This document shows, piece after piece, positions 56,606 to 64,000 of a stretch of DNA of 64,000 bases. The notes beneath the pieces were generated by a model that did no database searches, was not told the origin of the DNA, and saw only the letters and a list, made by a program, of their open reading frames with translations. This stretch comes from a bacterium (GTDB taxonomy: Bacteria; Bacillota; Clostridia; Oscillospirales; Oscillospiraceae). Position numbers and translations under genes: made by a program. The first letter of the stretch is position 1. Each line of letters opens with the position of its first letter. The stretch is taken from NCBI GenBank assembly GCA_029009095.1, contig JAQXJT010000014.1, forward strand, positions 2,247-66,246, written 5' to 3'.

Positions 56606-57532
56606 TTACTTCAGCTTGATGCGCGGGTCGATGATCTTGTAGAGAATGTCCACGATCACGTTGGCGGTGATCACCAGCGTGGCCAGCACGATGGTGGTGC
56701 CCATGACCATGGTGTAGTCCCGGTTGGTGATGGCGGAGACGAACTCACGCCCCAGCCCGGGGATGGTGAAGATCTTCTCCACCACGAAGGAGCCTGTCAT
56801 CAGATAGGCCAGCATGGGGCCCACATAGGTGACGATGGGCAGAATGGCGTTGCGCAGGGCGTGCTTGAAGAGGATCAGGAACGAGGACACGCCCTTGGCC
56901 TTGGCGGTGCGTATGTAGTCCTGCCCCATCACGTCCAGCAGGCTCGAGCGCATCAGCCGGGTGATGTAGGCGGTGGGATAGATGCTCAGGGCCGTCACCG
57001 GCATAATGTAGGCCTGCCACTCGTTCAGTCCCACTGTGGGCAGTACATTCAGCTTCACGCCGAAGCCGTAGAGCAGCAGCACGCTGGTGATAAAGCTGGG
57101 GATGGCAATACCGCAGGTGCCCAGCACGATGATGATGTTATCGGTCAGCTTGCCGCGGGTGTAGGCGCTGATACAGCCCAGCGGGATCCCCAGACAGAGC
57201 GCCACCGCCACGGCGATGCCCGCCAGCTTGGCGGACACGGGGAACTTGGAGAAGATGATATCCGCCACGGTGCGTCCCCGCTGCCGCAGGCTCAGACCCA
57301 TATCCCCTTTGAGAAAATCGGTGATGTAGGTGATGTACTGCTGTCCCAGAGGCTTATCCAGACCGTACTTGGCCGCCAGCGCCTCCTGGGCGGCCTTGGA
57401 GATGGATTTTTCCGCCACAAAGGGGCCGCCGGGCACCAGATTCATCAGAAAAAACGTCAGCGTGGCCACCACGAAGATGCTCAGCAGTCCCATCAGCACA
57501 CGCTTGACGATGTATTTGCTCATATCTCCCAT
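56606..57532 (-). CDS. ABC transporter permease (OppB/DppB-like)
   Basis: Start MGDMSKYIVKRV, 11 nt after AAAGGAGA. Motif YIRTAKAKGVSSFLILFKHALRNA. Confidence 0.85.
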   Translation of the reverse strand: MGDMSKYIVKRVLMGLLSIFVVATLTFFLMNLVPGGPFVAEKSISKAAQEALAAKYGLDKPLGQQYITYITDFLKGDMGLSLRQRGRTVADIIFSKFPVSAKLAGIAVAVALCLGIPLGCISAYTRGKLTDNIIIVLGTCGIAIPSFITSVLLLYGFGVKLNVLPTVGLNEWQAYIMPVTALSIYPTAYITRLMRSSLLDVMGQDYIRTAKAKGVSSFLILFKHALRNAILPIVTYVGPMLAYLMTGSFVVEKIFTIPGLGREFVSAITNRDYTMVMGTTIVLATLVITANVIVDILYKIIDPRIKLK

Positions 57533-57674
57533 ATTTTGCCTGTCTCCTTTGTCCTCACGGCGTTTGGGAGGCTTGGACGGTCCCCCGGGAAAAGCTGCGG
57601 CCCCGTAAAAAAACAAGGCGGAGAGTTCTGCCCCGCGCACGTGATACTTTAGCAATTCCATGCATTGTCCCTTT

Positions 57675-57703
57675 ATTATACAAAAGATTATCTTCCGGGT
57701 CAA
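57675..57703 (-). promoter_or_regulatory. sigma-A promoter for the opp-type operon (~135-nt leader)
   Basis: Minus strand TTGACC-17 nt-TATAAT. Confidence 0.6.
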
Positions 57704-57776
57704 TGATTTTTCTTTCGTCATTTGCATAAAAAGCATGTAAAAAAAGCATCTTTTCCCGTCAAAAAGCTTCTACGGC

Positions 57777-57804
57777 TTGCAAAACGGCGATTTTGCGATA
57801 TAAT
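57777..57804 (+). promoter_or_regulatory. sigma-A promoter for the M29 aminopeptidase gene
   Basis: TTGCAA-16 nt-TATAAT. Confidence 0.55.
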
Positions 57805-57841
57805 CTTCTTATACGGTTTTTTATGGAAGGAGATACGCGTT

Positions 57842-59065
57842 ATGAAGAAGAGCGAGCTGCGCAATTACGCCGCGCTCATCGCCCGGAAGGGCGGCAACAT
57901 ACAAAAGGGGCAGGAGGTCGTCATCCGTGCGGGGCTGGACCAGCCCGAGTTCGTGCAGATGCTGGTGGAGGAGTGCTACCGCGCCGGGGCCGGCAAGGTC
58001 ATGGTGGAGTGGAACTACGACGCCCTGGCACGGCTGCACGTCCGCTACCAGAAGGAAAAGACCCTCTGCAAGACGGAGGATTGGGAGCTCGCCCGCCTGA
58101 CCCACCGCCGGGACACTCTGCCGGTGATGATCCATCTGGAGTCCGAGGACCCCGACGGGCTGAAGGGCATCAACCAGAAGAAGTACATGAAGGCCATCCA
58201 GGCCAAAAGTCTCGTGGCCAAGCCCTACCGGGACGCCATGGAGAACAAGTACCAGTGGTGCATCGCCGGGGTGCCCGGGGAGGCCTGGGCCAAGAAGATG
58301 TACCCCCACCTGCGGAAGAGCCAGGCGGTGGAGCAGCTCTGGCGGGACATTCTCCGCGTCTCCCGCGCCGAGGGAGACGCCGTCGCCAACTGGACGGAGC
58401 ACAACGCCGACCTCCGCGCCCGCTGCGACCACCTGAACGCTCTGAAGCTGCGGAAGCTCCACTACACCGCCGCTAACGGCACCGACCTGACCGTGGGGCT
58501 CATCCCCGGGGCGGTCTTTGCCGGCGGCAGCGAAAAGACCCGGAGCGGCGTGGAGTTCAACCCCAACATCCCCTCCGAGGAGGTGTTCACCTCTCCCAAG
58601 GCCGGGGAGGCCGAGGGCATCGTCTACGCCACCCGTCCCCTCTCCTACATGGGCCAGCTCATTGAGGACTTCTCCGTCCGCTTCGAGGGCGGCCGGGCCG
58701 TGGAGGTGCACGCCGGGCGCAACGAGGAACTGCTGAAAGCCGCCATCGCCATGGACCCCAACGCCGCCATGCTGGGCGAGTGCGCGCTGATCCCCGCCTC
58801 CTCCCCCATCAGTCAGTCCGGGCTGCTGTTCTACTCCACGCTCTACGATGAAAACGCCTCCTGCCACCTGGCGCTGGGCGCGGGCTTCAATGAGTGCTAC
58901 CCGGGCTACGAGAAGTACAGCAAGGCGGAGCTGCAGGAGATCGGCATCAACGACTCCCTCATCCACGAGGATTTCATGATCGGCTGCGAGAGCATGGACA
59001 TCGACGGCTATACCGAGGATGGACAGTGCGTTCCCATCTTCCGCCACGGCGAGTGGGCTTTTTGA
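57842..59065 (+). CDS. aminopeptidase, family M29 (AmpS/PepS-like)
   Basis: Start MKKSELRNYAALIARKG after GGAAGGAGA. Motif IPSEEVFTSP and C-terminal HEDFMIG. Confidence 0.85.
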   Translation: MKKSELRNYAALIARKGGNIQKGQEVVIRAGLDQPEFVQMLVEECYRAGAGKVMVEWNYDALARLHVRYQKEKTLCKTEDWELARLTHRRDTLPVMIHLESEDPDGLKGINQKKYMKAIQAKSLVAKPYRDAMENKYQWCIAGVPGEAWAKKMYPHLRKSQAVEQLWRDILRVSRAEGDAVANWTEHNADLRARCDHLNALKLRKLHYTAANGTDLTVGLIPGAVFAGGSEKTRSGVEFNPNIPSEEVFTSPKAGEAEGIVYATRPLSYMGQLIEDFSVRFEGGRAVEVHAGRNEELLKAAIAMDPNAAMLGECALIPASSPISQSGLLFYSTLYDENASCHLALGAGFNECYPGYEKYSKAELQEIGINDSLIHEDFMIGCESMDIDGYTEDGQCVPIFRHGEWAF

Positions 59066-59121
59066 GACGCAACAAACAAACCCGGCCGCCACCCTTGTCG
59101 GGATGTTCGTAAAACAGTAAA

Positions 59122-59164
59122 ACAGGCAAAAGACGCGACTTTCATGGTCGCGTCTTTTGCCTGT
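59122..59164. terminator. bidirectional rho-independent terminator
   Basis: acaggcaaaagacgcgac-N7-gtcgcgtcttttgcctgt followed by ttttc. Confidence 0.75.
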
Positions 59165-59279
59165 TTTTCATGTTACCGGCCCGGCAAGATCAGTGCCGTA
59201 AATCCACAGGATTTCTGTGTTACGGACACCCGCCTCTATCCGGCGGCTGTGGTTAGTTTGCTGCGGGAAAATGCTGCTC

Positions 59280-60641
59280 TCAGCTCTGGAGCATATTGAG
59301 GATGGCCTGGGCGTAGATGGCCACCTGCTGCTGCAATTCGGGGATGCTGAGGGACTCGTTGGCATCGTGGATGTGGTTGTCCCGGCCCGGGAAGGCGCAG
59401 CCGAAGGCGATGATGCCCGGAACGGCCTTGGCATAGGTGCCGCCGCCGATGACCATGGGCTGGGTCTCCGTATCGCCGGTGACCTGTACATAGGCCTGGT
59501 AGAGATCCTGCACCAGCCGGGAGTCTCTGGGGTAGAAGAGGGGCTTGCCCACATGGAGGATCTCGATGCAGCCGCCCTCATCCTCCAGCTTGCCCCGGCA
59601 GGCGGCGCGGAGCTGCTCCTCGCTGAAGGTCACGGGGGTGCGGATGTCCAACGTGCAGGTGATCACGCCGTCCTCGGTCTTGACGATGCCGTTGTTCATG
59701 GTCAGCTCGCCGTACTCGTCGCTGAGCTTCAGCCCCACGCCGGAGCCGTCGCAGGCGGTGCCGATGTGGCTGTTGTAGAACGCCACGAAGTCGTCCTCCA
59801 TCCCGGCAGCGGCCAGCGCGGCCATGGTGCAGCCCGCGGCGTTCACGCCCAGCAGCGGGGTGCTGGCGTGGGCGGCCACGCCCACCGTCTCGATGGTGAG
59901 CACGCCGTCGGCCTCGGTGACGGAGAAGGAGCGGAGCGCCGTGGCGGCGAGAGCCTCTTTCAGCTTTTCCCCGTCCACATCCCCGGCGGATACCCGGGTG
60001 ACGCAGCGGTTGCAGACGGCGTTGGACACGAAGCCGCCGTCCATGCTGAGGATCCTGGTGCGCTTGCTGCGGGCCAGCATGGACATGCCGCCCTTTTCCC
60101 CGTGGATGCCGGGGAAGTTGCCGTCGGGGGTGAAACCGCAGGTGACGGGCTCGGCGTTGGCCATATAGTGGCGCATACACTCGCTGCCGGTCTCCTCGGC
60201 GCAGCCCATGATCAGCCGCACCCTCTTGGTGAGGGGCACGCCGCTCTCACGCACCAGCTGCATGGCGTAAAGGGAGGCGATCACCGCGCCCTTGTCGTCG
60301 CTGACGCCCCGGCCGTAGACCGTGTCGCCCTCCCGGCAAAGGGTAAAGGGGTCGGTGTTCCAGCCCTCGCCCGCAGGCACGATGTCCAGATGGGCGGCGA
60401 TGCCGATGATGTCCTTCCCCTCGCCCATCTCCGCGTAGCCGCAGTAGTTATCCATATTCACGGTGGCAAAGCCCATCTCCTCCGCGATGGCCAGCCCCTC
60501 CGCCAGCGCCGCGGCAGGACCCTCGCCGAAGGGCTTTCCCTCGGCGGGCTCGCCCCGCTGGGAGTTGTGCTTCACCAGACGCTCCAGCTTTTCCAGCATC
60601 TCGTCCGTCATGCCCGTGATCTTTTCCATAGTGTCCGTCAT
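59280..60641 (-). CDS. M20-family dipeptidase (PepV/Sapep-like)
   Basis: Start MTDTMEKI. Motifs AHLDIVPAGEGW, GRGVSDDKG and GGGTYA. Confidence 0.85.
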   Translation of the reverse strand: MTDTMEKITGMTDEMLEKLERLVKHNSQRGEPAEGKPFGEGPAAALAEGLAIAEEMGFATVNMDNYCGYAEMGEGKDIIGIAAHLDIVPAGEGWNTDPFTLCREGDTVYGRGVSDDKGAVIASLYAMQLVRESGVPLTKRVRLIMGCAEETGSECMRHYMANAEPVTCGFTPDGNFPGIHGEKGGMSMLARSKRTRILSMDGGFVSNAVCNRCVTRVSAGDVDGEKLKEALAATALRSFSVTEADGVLTIETVGVAAHASTPLLGVNAAGCTMAALAAAGMEDDFVAFYNSHIGTACDGSGVGLKLSDEYGELTMNNGIVKTEDGVITCTLDIRTPVTFSEEQLRAACRGKLEDEGGCIEILHVGKPLFYPRDSRLVQDLYQAYVQVTGDTETQPMVIGGGTYAKAVPGIIAFGCAFPGRDNHIHDANESLSIPELQQQVAIYAQAILNMLQS

Positions 60642-60840
60642 ATCGTACCTTTCCTTTCCTGGTTTTGCCCCATTATACCGCGTTTCCCCGAAAAATCCAG
60701 CCCTACCGCCAAAAAAGCCCGTACAAAGGCGCAACGGACGCCGGCGCGGCGGCGGGGAACAGTCTCCCGTGTGTGTTTCGTTTCGCCGTCTTCTCCTCCG
60801 CCCGCCTGGCCAGGGCCGCTTTTCCGCTCAGCCGCCCTTC

Positions 60841-61344
60841 TCAGTAGCGGCTGATCTCAAGGTTTTCGTCGTCCTCCCCTTTCTCCACAGAGAGGATGGA
60901 GCACCAGTAGCCCTCCTCCCCGGAGATCTTCACATAGACCCGTTCCCCGGCACGGTGGCCCAGCAGTGCCTGACCCAGTGGGGATTCCTTGCTGATGAGC
61001 CCTTTCAGAGGATTTTGCCGCAGGGTGGTCACCAAGCGGATGTCCATGTCCTCATCCTCATCCTCCATGTGGAGCTTCACCCTGTCAAAGAGGCCGATCT
61101 CGCCGCTTTGGGAGTGATCCTCGATGACCACAGCGGAGGCTACCATCTGCTTGAGATAGCGGATGCGGCTGCGGTTGCGCCGCTGCTCGTCCTTGGCGGC
61201 CTTGTATTCATAGTTTTCGCTGAGATCGCCGAAGCCCCGGGCCCGCTGCACCTCCCGGATGATCTGGGGCATCAGCACATTCTCCCGGTAGTCGATCTCC
61301 TCCTGCATCTTCCTGATGTCCACCGCCGTCAGCTCGTCATGCAT
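60841..61344 (-). CDS. greA: transcription elongation factor GreA
   Basis: GDLSENYEYKAAKDEQ coiled-coil tip motif. C-terminal FKBP-like domain. Confidence 0.9.
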   Translation of the reverse strand: MHDELTAVDIRKMQEEIDYRENVLMPQIIREVQRARGFGDLSENYEYKAAKDEQRRNRSRIRYLKQMVASAVVIEDHSQSGEIGLFDRVKLHMEDEDEDMDIRLVTTLRQNPLKGLISKESPLGQALLGHRAGERVYVKISGEEGYWCSILSVEKGEDDENLEISRY

Positions 61345-61870
61345 CTTCCTCCGCCTCCTCTGCGGGGATCTCCCGCGCCAGATTGTTGTTGTCGTAGCGG
61401 TGCTCCCCGCTCACCTCCCGCAGCACACGCAGGTAGGGCGGCAGGGCGTAGTCCGCGTCCTCCCCGGGCAGCTCTACCTCGCAAAAGGCCTGACGCTTCC
61501 AGAAGGGGAACACATCCACCTCCAGCAGCCTCCCGCCGTAGGGGATGCGCCAGCGGGTCTTTTCGATGGGGCGCTTGGCAGCGTCCCGTTCCTCCAGCAG
61601 CGTTTCGGCCTCCTCCGCCGTGATCTCCCGCTCCCGTTCGATGCGCGTCATGTCGCTCAGGCGGATCTTCTCGGAGTAATACCAGTGCTCCGCGCCGCCG
61701 CAGCGCACCCGCCGCACCCGGCGGCTCCCCTGCTCGGGCCTGCCGCTGAGATAAACCTGCCGTATCTTCCACTTTTCCCGGGCCTCAGCGTCCAGCCGCG
61801 CCCGGTCGGGCATGGAAATGAGGAATTTCCTTTCGATCTCCAGTGGTTCCCTGTTCCCGCTCATGCCCAT
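61337..61870 (-). CDS. CYTH-domain protein (triphosphate tunnel metalloenzyme)
   Basis: N-terminal EIERKFLI signature. 8-nt overlap with the greA start. Confidence 0.8.
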   Translation of the reverse strand: MGMSGNREPLEIERKFLISMPDRARLDAEAREKWKIRQVYLSGRPEQGSRRVRRVRCGGAEHWYYSEKIRLSDMTRIEREREITAEEAETLLEERDAAKRPIEKTRWRIPYGGRLLEVDVFPFWKRQAFCEVELPGEDADYALPPYLRVLREVSGEHRYDNNNLAREIPAEEAEEDA

Positions 61871-62781
61871 GCCTCCAGATAGCGCACGGCGGAGAGGGCC
61901 GCGTTGGCCCCGTCGCCCACCGCCGTGGTCAGCTGCCGCACGGCCTTCTTCCGGCAGTCCCCGGCCACGAAAAGCCCCGCCTGCCCGGTGACGCCGTCCT
62001 CTCCGCAGTCAGCATAGCCCTCCGAGAGGGGCAGCAGAGCGGCGAAGGGCTCTGTGGCGGGCGTCTGGCCGTAGCACACAAAGAGCGCGGCCGCCGCCAG
62101 CTCCCTCGGCTCTCCGTCCGTGGCGCGGCGCAGCGTCAAAGAGGAGAGCTGCCCCCCGCTTTCGTGGAGGGCTTCGATGGTGTAGGGTGTGCAGAAGTCC
62201 ACATTCTCCCGCTCCCGCAGCCGCCGCAGCAGCGCCGCCTCTCCCCGGAACTGCTCCCGCCGGTGGATCACCGTCACCCGGCTGCAGATCTCCGCCAGCA
62301 GCAGCGCCTCCTGCAGCGCCGTGTCCCCGCCTCCGGCCACGGCCACTTCCTGTCCCTTATAGAAGTCCCCGTCGCAGACCGCGCAGTAGGACACGCCCCG
62401 GCCCAGCAGCTCCTCCTCCCCGGGGAGGTGCAGCCGCCGGTGGGCGGCCCCCACCGCGAGGATGACGCTCCTCGCCATAAAGCGCTCCCCCTCCCCGGTC
62501 TCCGCCGTCCAGATCCCGTCCGCGTCCCGGCGGAGCCCCGTCACCGTGCCCACATCCGTGTCCGCGCCCTGTCCCAGGGCCTGCCCCAGCATCTCCTCGG
62601 AGAGGGTCATGCCGGAGACGCTGCCCACCCCGGGGTAGTTCTCCACCCGGGGGGAGTAGGCGATCTGGCCGCCGTAGCCCTCCTTTTCGAGAATGAGCAC
62701 GCTCCTGCCGCTGCGCCTGCCGTAGATGGCCGCCGTCAGTCCCGCCGGGCCGCCGCCCACAATGAGAATATCGTAGATCAT
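61861..62781 (-). CDS. trxB: thioredoxin-disulfide reductase
   Basis: GGGPAG FAD motif, redox-active CAVCDG, and a second GGG NADPH motif. Confidence 0.9.
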   Translation of the reverse strand: MIYDILIVGGGPAGLTAAIYGRRSGRSVLILEKEGYGGQIAYSPRVENYPGVGSVSGMTLSEEMLGQALGQGADTDVGTVTGLRRDADGIWTAETGEGERFMARSVILAVGAAHRRLHLPGEEELLGRGVSYCAVCDGDFYKGQEVAVAGGGDTALQEALLLAEICSRVTVIHRREQFRGEAALLRRLRERENVDFCTPYTIEALHESGGQLSSLTLRRATDGEPRELAAAALFVCYGQTPATEPFAALLPLSEGYADCGEDGVTGQAGLFVAGDCRKKAVRQLTTAVGDGANAALSAVRYLEAWA

Positions 62782-63878
62782 GCCGTCTCCTCCTGTCGTT
62801 CCTCCGGAGAGCGCCGCAGTTGGCGGCGCACCCGGTTGATATGTCTCTCAAAATCCCCGCTGTTGAGCAGTTCCGCCAGCAGCAGCTGCTCGAACACCGG
62901 CACCGTACAACTGTAAAACCCCAGTTTCTCCCCGTAGCGCTCCAGCAGCGGCGGCGGCAGCAGCATATAGCCCACCCGCAGTCCCGGGCCGATGGTGCGG
63001 GAGAAGGAGTTGAGATAGATCACGCCCTCCTCCGGGGACAGGGAGAACACCGTCGGCTCGGCCCGGCGGGAGAGGGTGAACTCCGAGTCGAAGTCGTCCT
63101 CCACCAGGATGCCCTGCCGCTCCCGGGTCCAGCGCAGATAGGCCCCGCGCCGCTCCATGGAGGCGGTGACGCCGCTGGGAAAGCTGTGGTAGGGCGTCAC
63201 ATGGAGCACCCGGCCCGTGGCCCGCTCCAGCTCCCCGTCGGGGATGCCGTCCTCCCCCAGCGCCAGCCCCTCGCAGCGGATGCCCTGGGCCTCGTAGACC
63301 TGCCGGATGGGGCTGTAGGAGGGTTCCTCCAGCGCGATCACGCTCTCCCGCCCCAGCAGCTGCGCCACCAGCGAGTAGAGATACTCCGCCCCGGAGCCCA
63401 CCACGATCTGCTCCGGGGTCACGGCGATGTCCCGGCTGCGCAGCAGATAGTCCCGCAGCGCCTCCCGCAGCTCCTCGCAGCCGTTGTTGGGCGAGCGCTC
63501 CATGAGCCGCTCCTGCCACTCGGAGATGGTGCGGCGCATGGCCCGGCTGAGCACCGAAAAGGGGAAGGGGAACTCCCCGTACTCCCCGCTGCCGCCCCGG
63601 TGCGTCTCCCGCCGCACATCCGCGGGACGGCAGCCCCCCTGCATGTTCAGCGCGTAGTAGCCGCTGCGCTGCCGGGGCTCGGCATAGCCCTCCTCGCACA
63701 GCAGGGAGTAGGCGTGCTCGGCGGTGATGACGCTGATGCCCAGCTCCATGCACAGCTGCCGCTTGGAGGGCAGGCGGCTCCCCGGCGGGTATCGCCCTGC
63801 GGTGATGTCGTCCCGGAGCTGGGCATAGAGCTGCCAGTAGGCGGGACGGCCTTTCTCTTTTTGAATGGTATATTTCAT
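62778..63878 (-). CDS. MocR/GabR-family regulator (GntR wHTH plus aminotransferase-like domain), short and lacking the PLP lysine
   Basis: GntR HTH (LPSKRQLCMELGISVITAEHAY). Fold-type-I-like domain in which the S-F-S-K position reads SFSR (R294, codon 62997-62999). Only 366 aa. Confidence 0.8.
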   Translation of the reverse strand: MKYTIQKEKGRPAYWQLYAQLRDDITAGRYPPGSRLPSKRQLCMELGISVITAEHAYSLLCEEGYAEPRQRSGYYALNMQGGCRPADVRRETHRGGSGEYGEFPFPFSVLSRAMRRTISEWQERLMERSPNNGCEELREALRDYLLRSRDIAVTPEQIVVGSGAEYLYSLVAQLLGRESVIALEEPSYSPIRQVYEAQGIRCEGLALGEDGIPDGELERATGRVLHVTPYHSFPSGVTASMERRGAYLRWTRERQGILVEDDFDSEFTLSRRAEPTVFSLSPEEGVIYLNSFSRTIGPGLRVGYMLLPPPLLERYGEKLGFYSCTVPVFEQLLLAELLNSGDFERHINRVRRQLRRSPEERQEETA

Positions 63879-63973
63879 CTGGTCATACTATTTTTTCACA
63901 AACTGGCACTTTTTCTGACAACTGACTTTATATTATAGTGGGCGAAACGACCTTTGTAAAGGAGGAATTCCCC

Positions 63974-64000
63974 TTGAACCGGAAAACATCCCTGCGTTTG
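63974..64000 (+). CDS. 5' end of an unidentified gene divergent from the MocR-like regulator
   Basis: TTG 8 nt after AAAGGAGGA. Only 9 codons are visible. Confidence 0.25.

Noticed and set aside
63879-63973. Possible MocR direct-repeat operators (CTGGTCA / CTGGCAC / CTGAC motifs) and a promoter for the divergent gene
   Set aside because: The motifs are short and degenerate, and the spacing to any -10 element did not give a convincing promoter. The evidence is too weak to call.

Overview
This 64-kb window comes from a high-G+C, Firmicutes/Clostridia-style chromosome. The evidence is GGAGG ribosome-binding sites, sigma-A type TTGACA-17-TATAAT promoters, the gene order rimP-nusA-ylxR-ylxQ-infB-rbfA-nrnA-truB-ribF, CIRCE-groES-groEL, RNase J and PlsY. 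Most of it is housekeeping: translation and ribosome maturation, tsaBE-upp, ftsW/rodA, pfkA, recR, rpe, an opp-type peptide ABC importer, peptidases, greA and trxB.

Five regions depart from that:
- The first ~2.5 kb is visibly AT-rich foreign DNA. It carries a UbiA prenyltransferase, a HAD-IB hydrolase and broken gene fragments, and it ends abruptly about 20-30 bp before the first high-G+C gene.
- A MacB-type ABC exporter (6.2-11.4 kb) is bracketed by two HlyD-like adaptor paralogs.
- A ~6-kb cryptic prophage remnant (12.3-18.3 kb) keeps only a CI/LexA-like repressor, a consensus divergent promoter switch, and a packaging module (terS, terL, a tail-fibre-repeat protein, portal).
- A BlaI/BlaR1-type module (36.8-40.9 kb) has its sensor domain replaced by short W-x-T-D-G-N-x-W-Y repeats plus a parallel beta-helix-like domain. 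The next gene is a free lipoprotein paralog of that sensor.
- Two diverged phosphodiester-glycosidase paralogs flank tRNA-Thr(CGU) and an Smr gene (46.8-49.3 kb).

I found no CRISPR array, integrase, transposase or recognisable defence system. The best candidate for something undescribed is the beta-helix BlaR1 module, but that rests on motif reading only and needs HMM and structure checks. Many long ORFs in the six-frame track are antisense shadow ORFs typical of high-G+C DNA and were not called.
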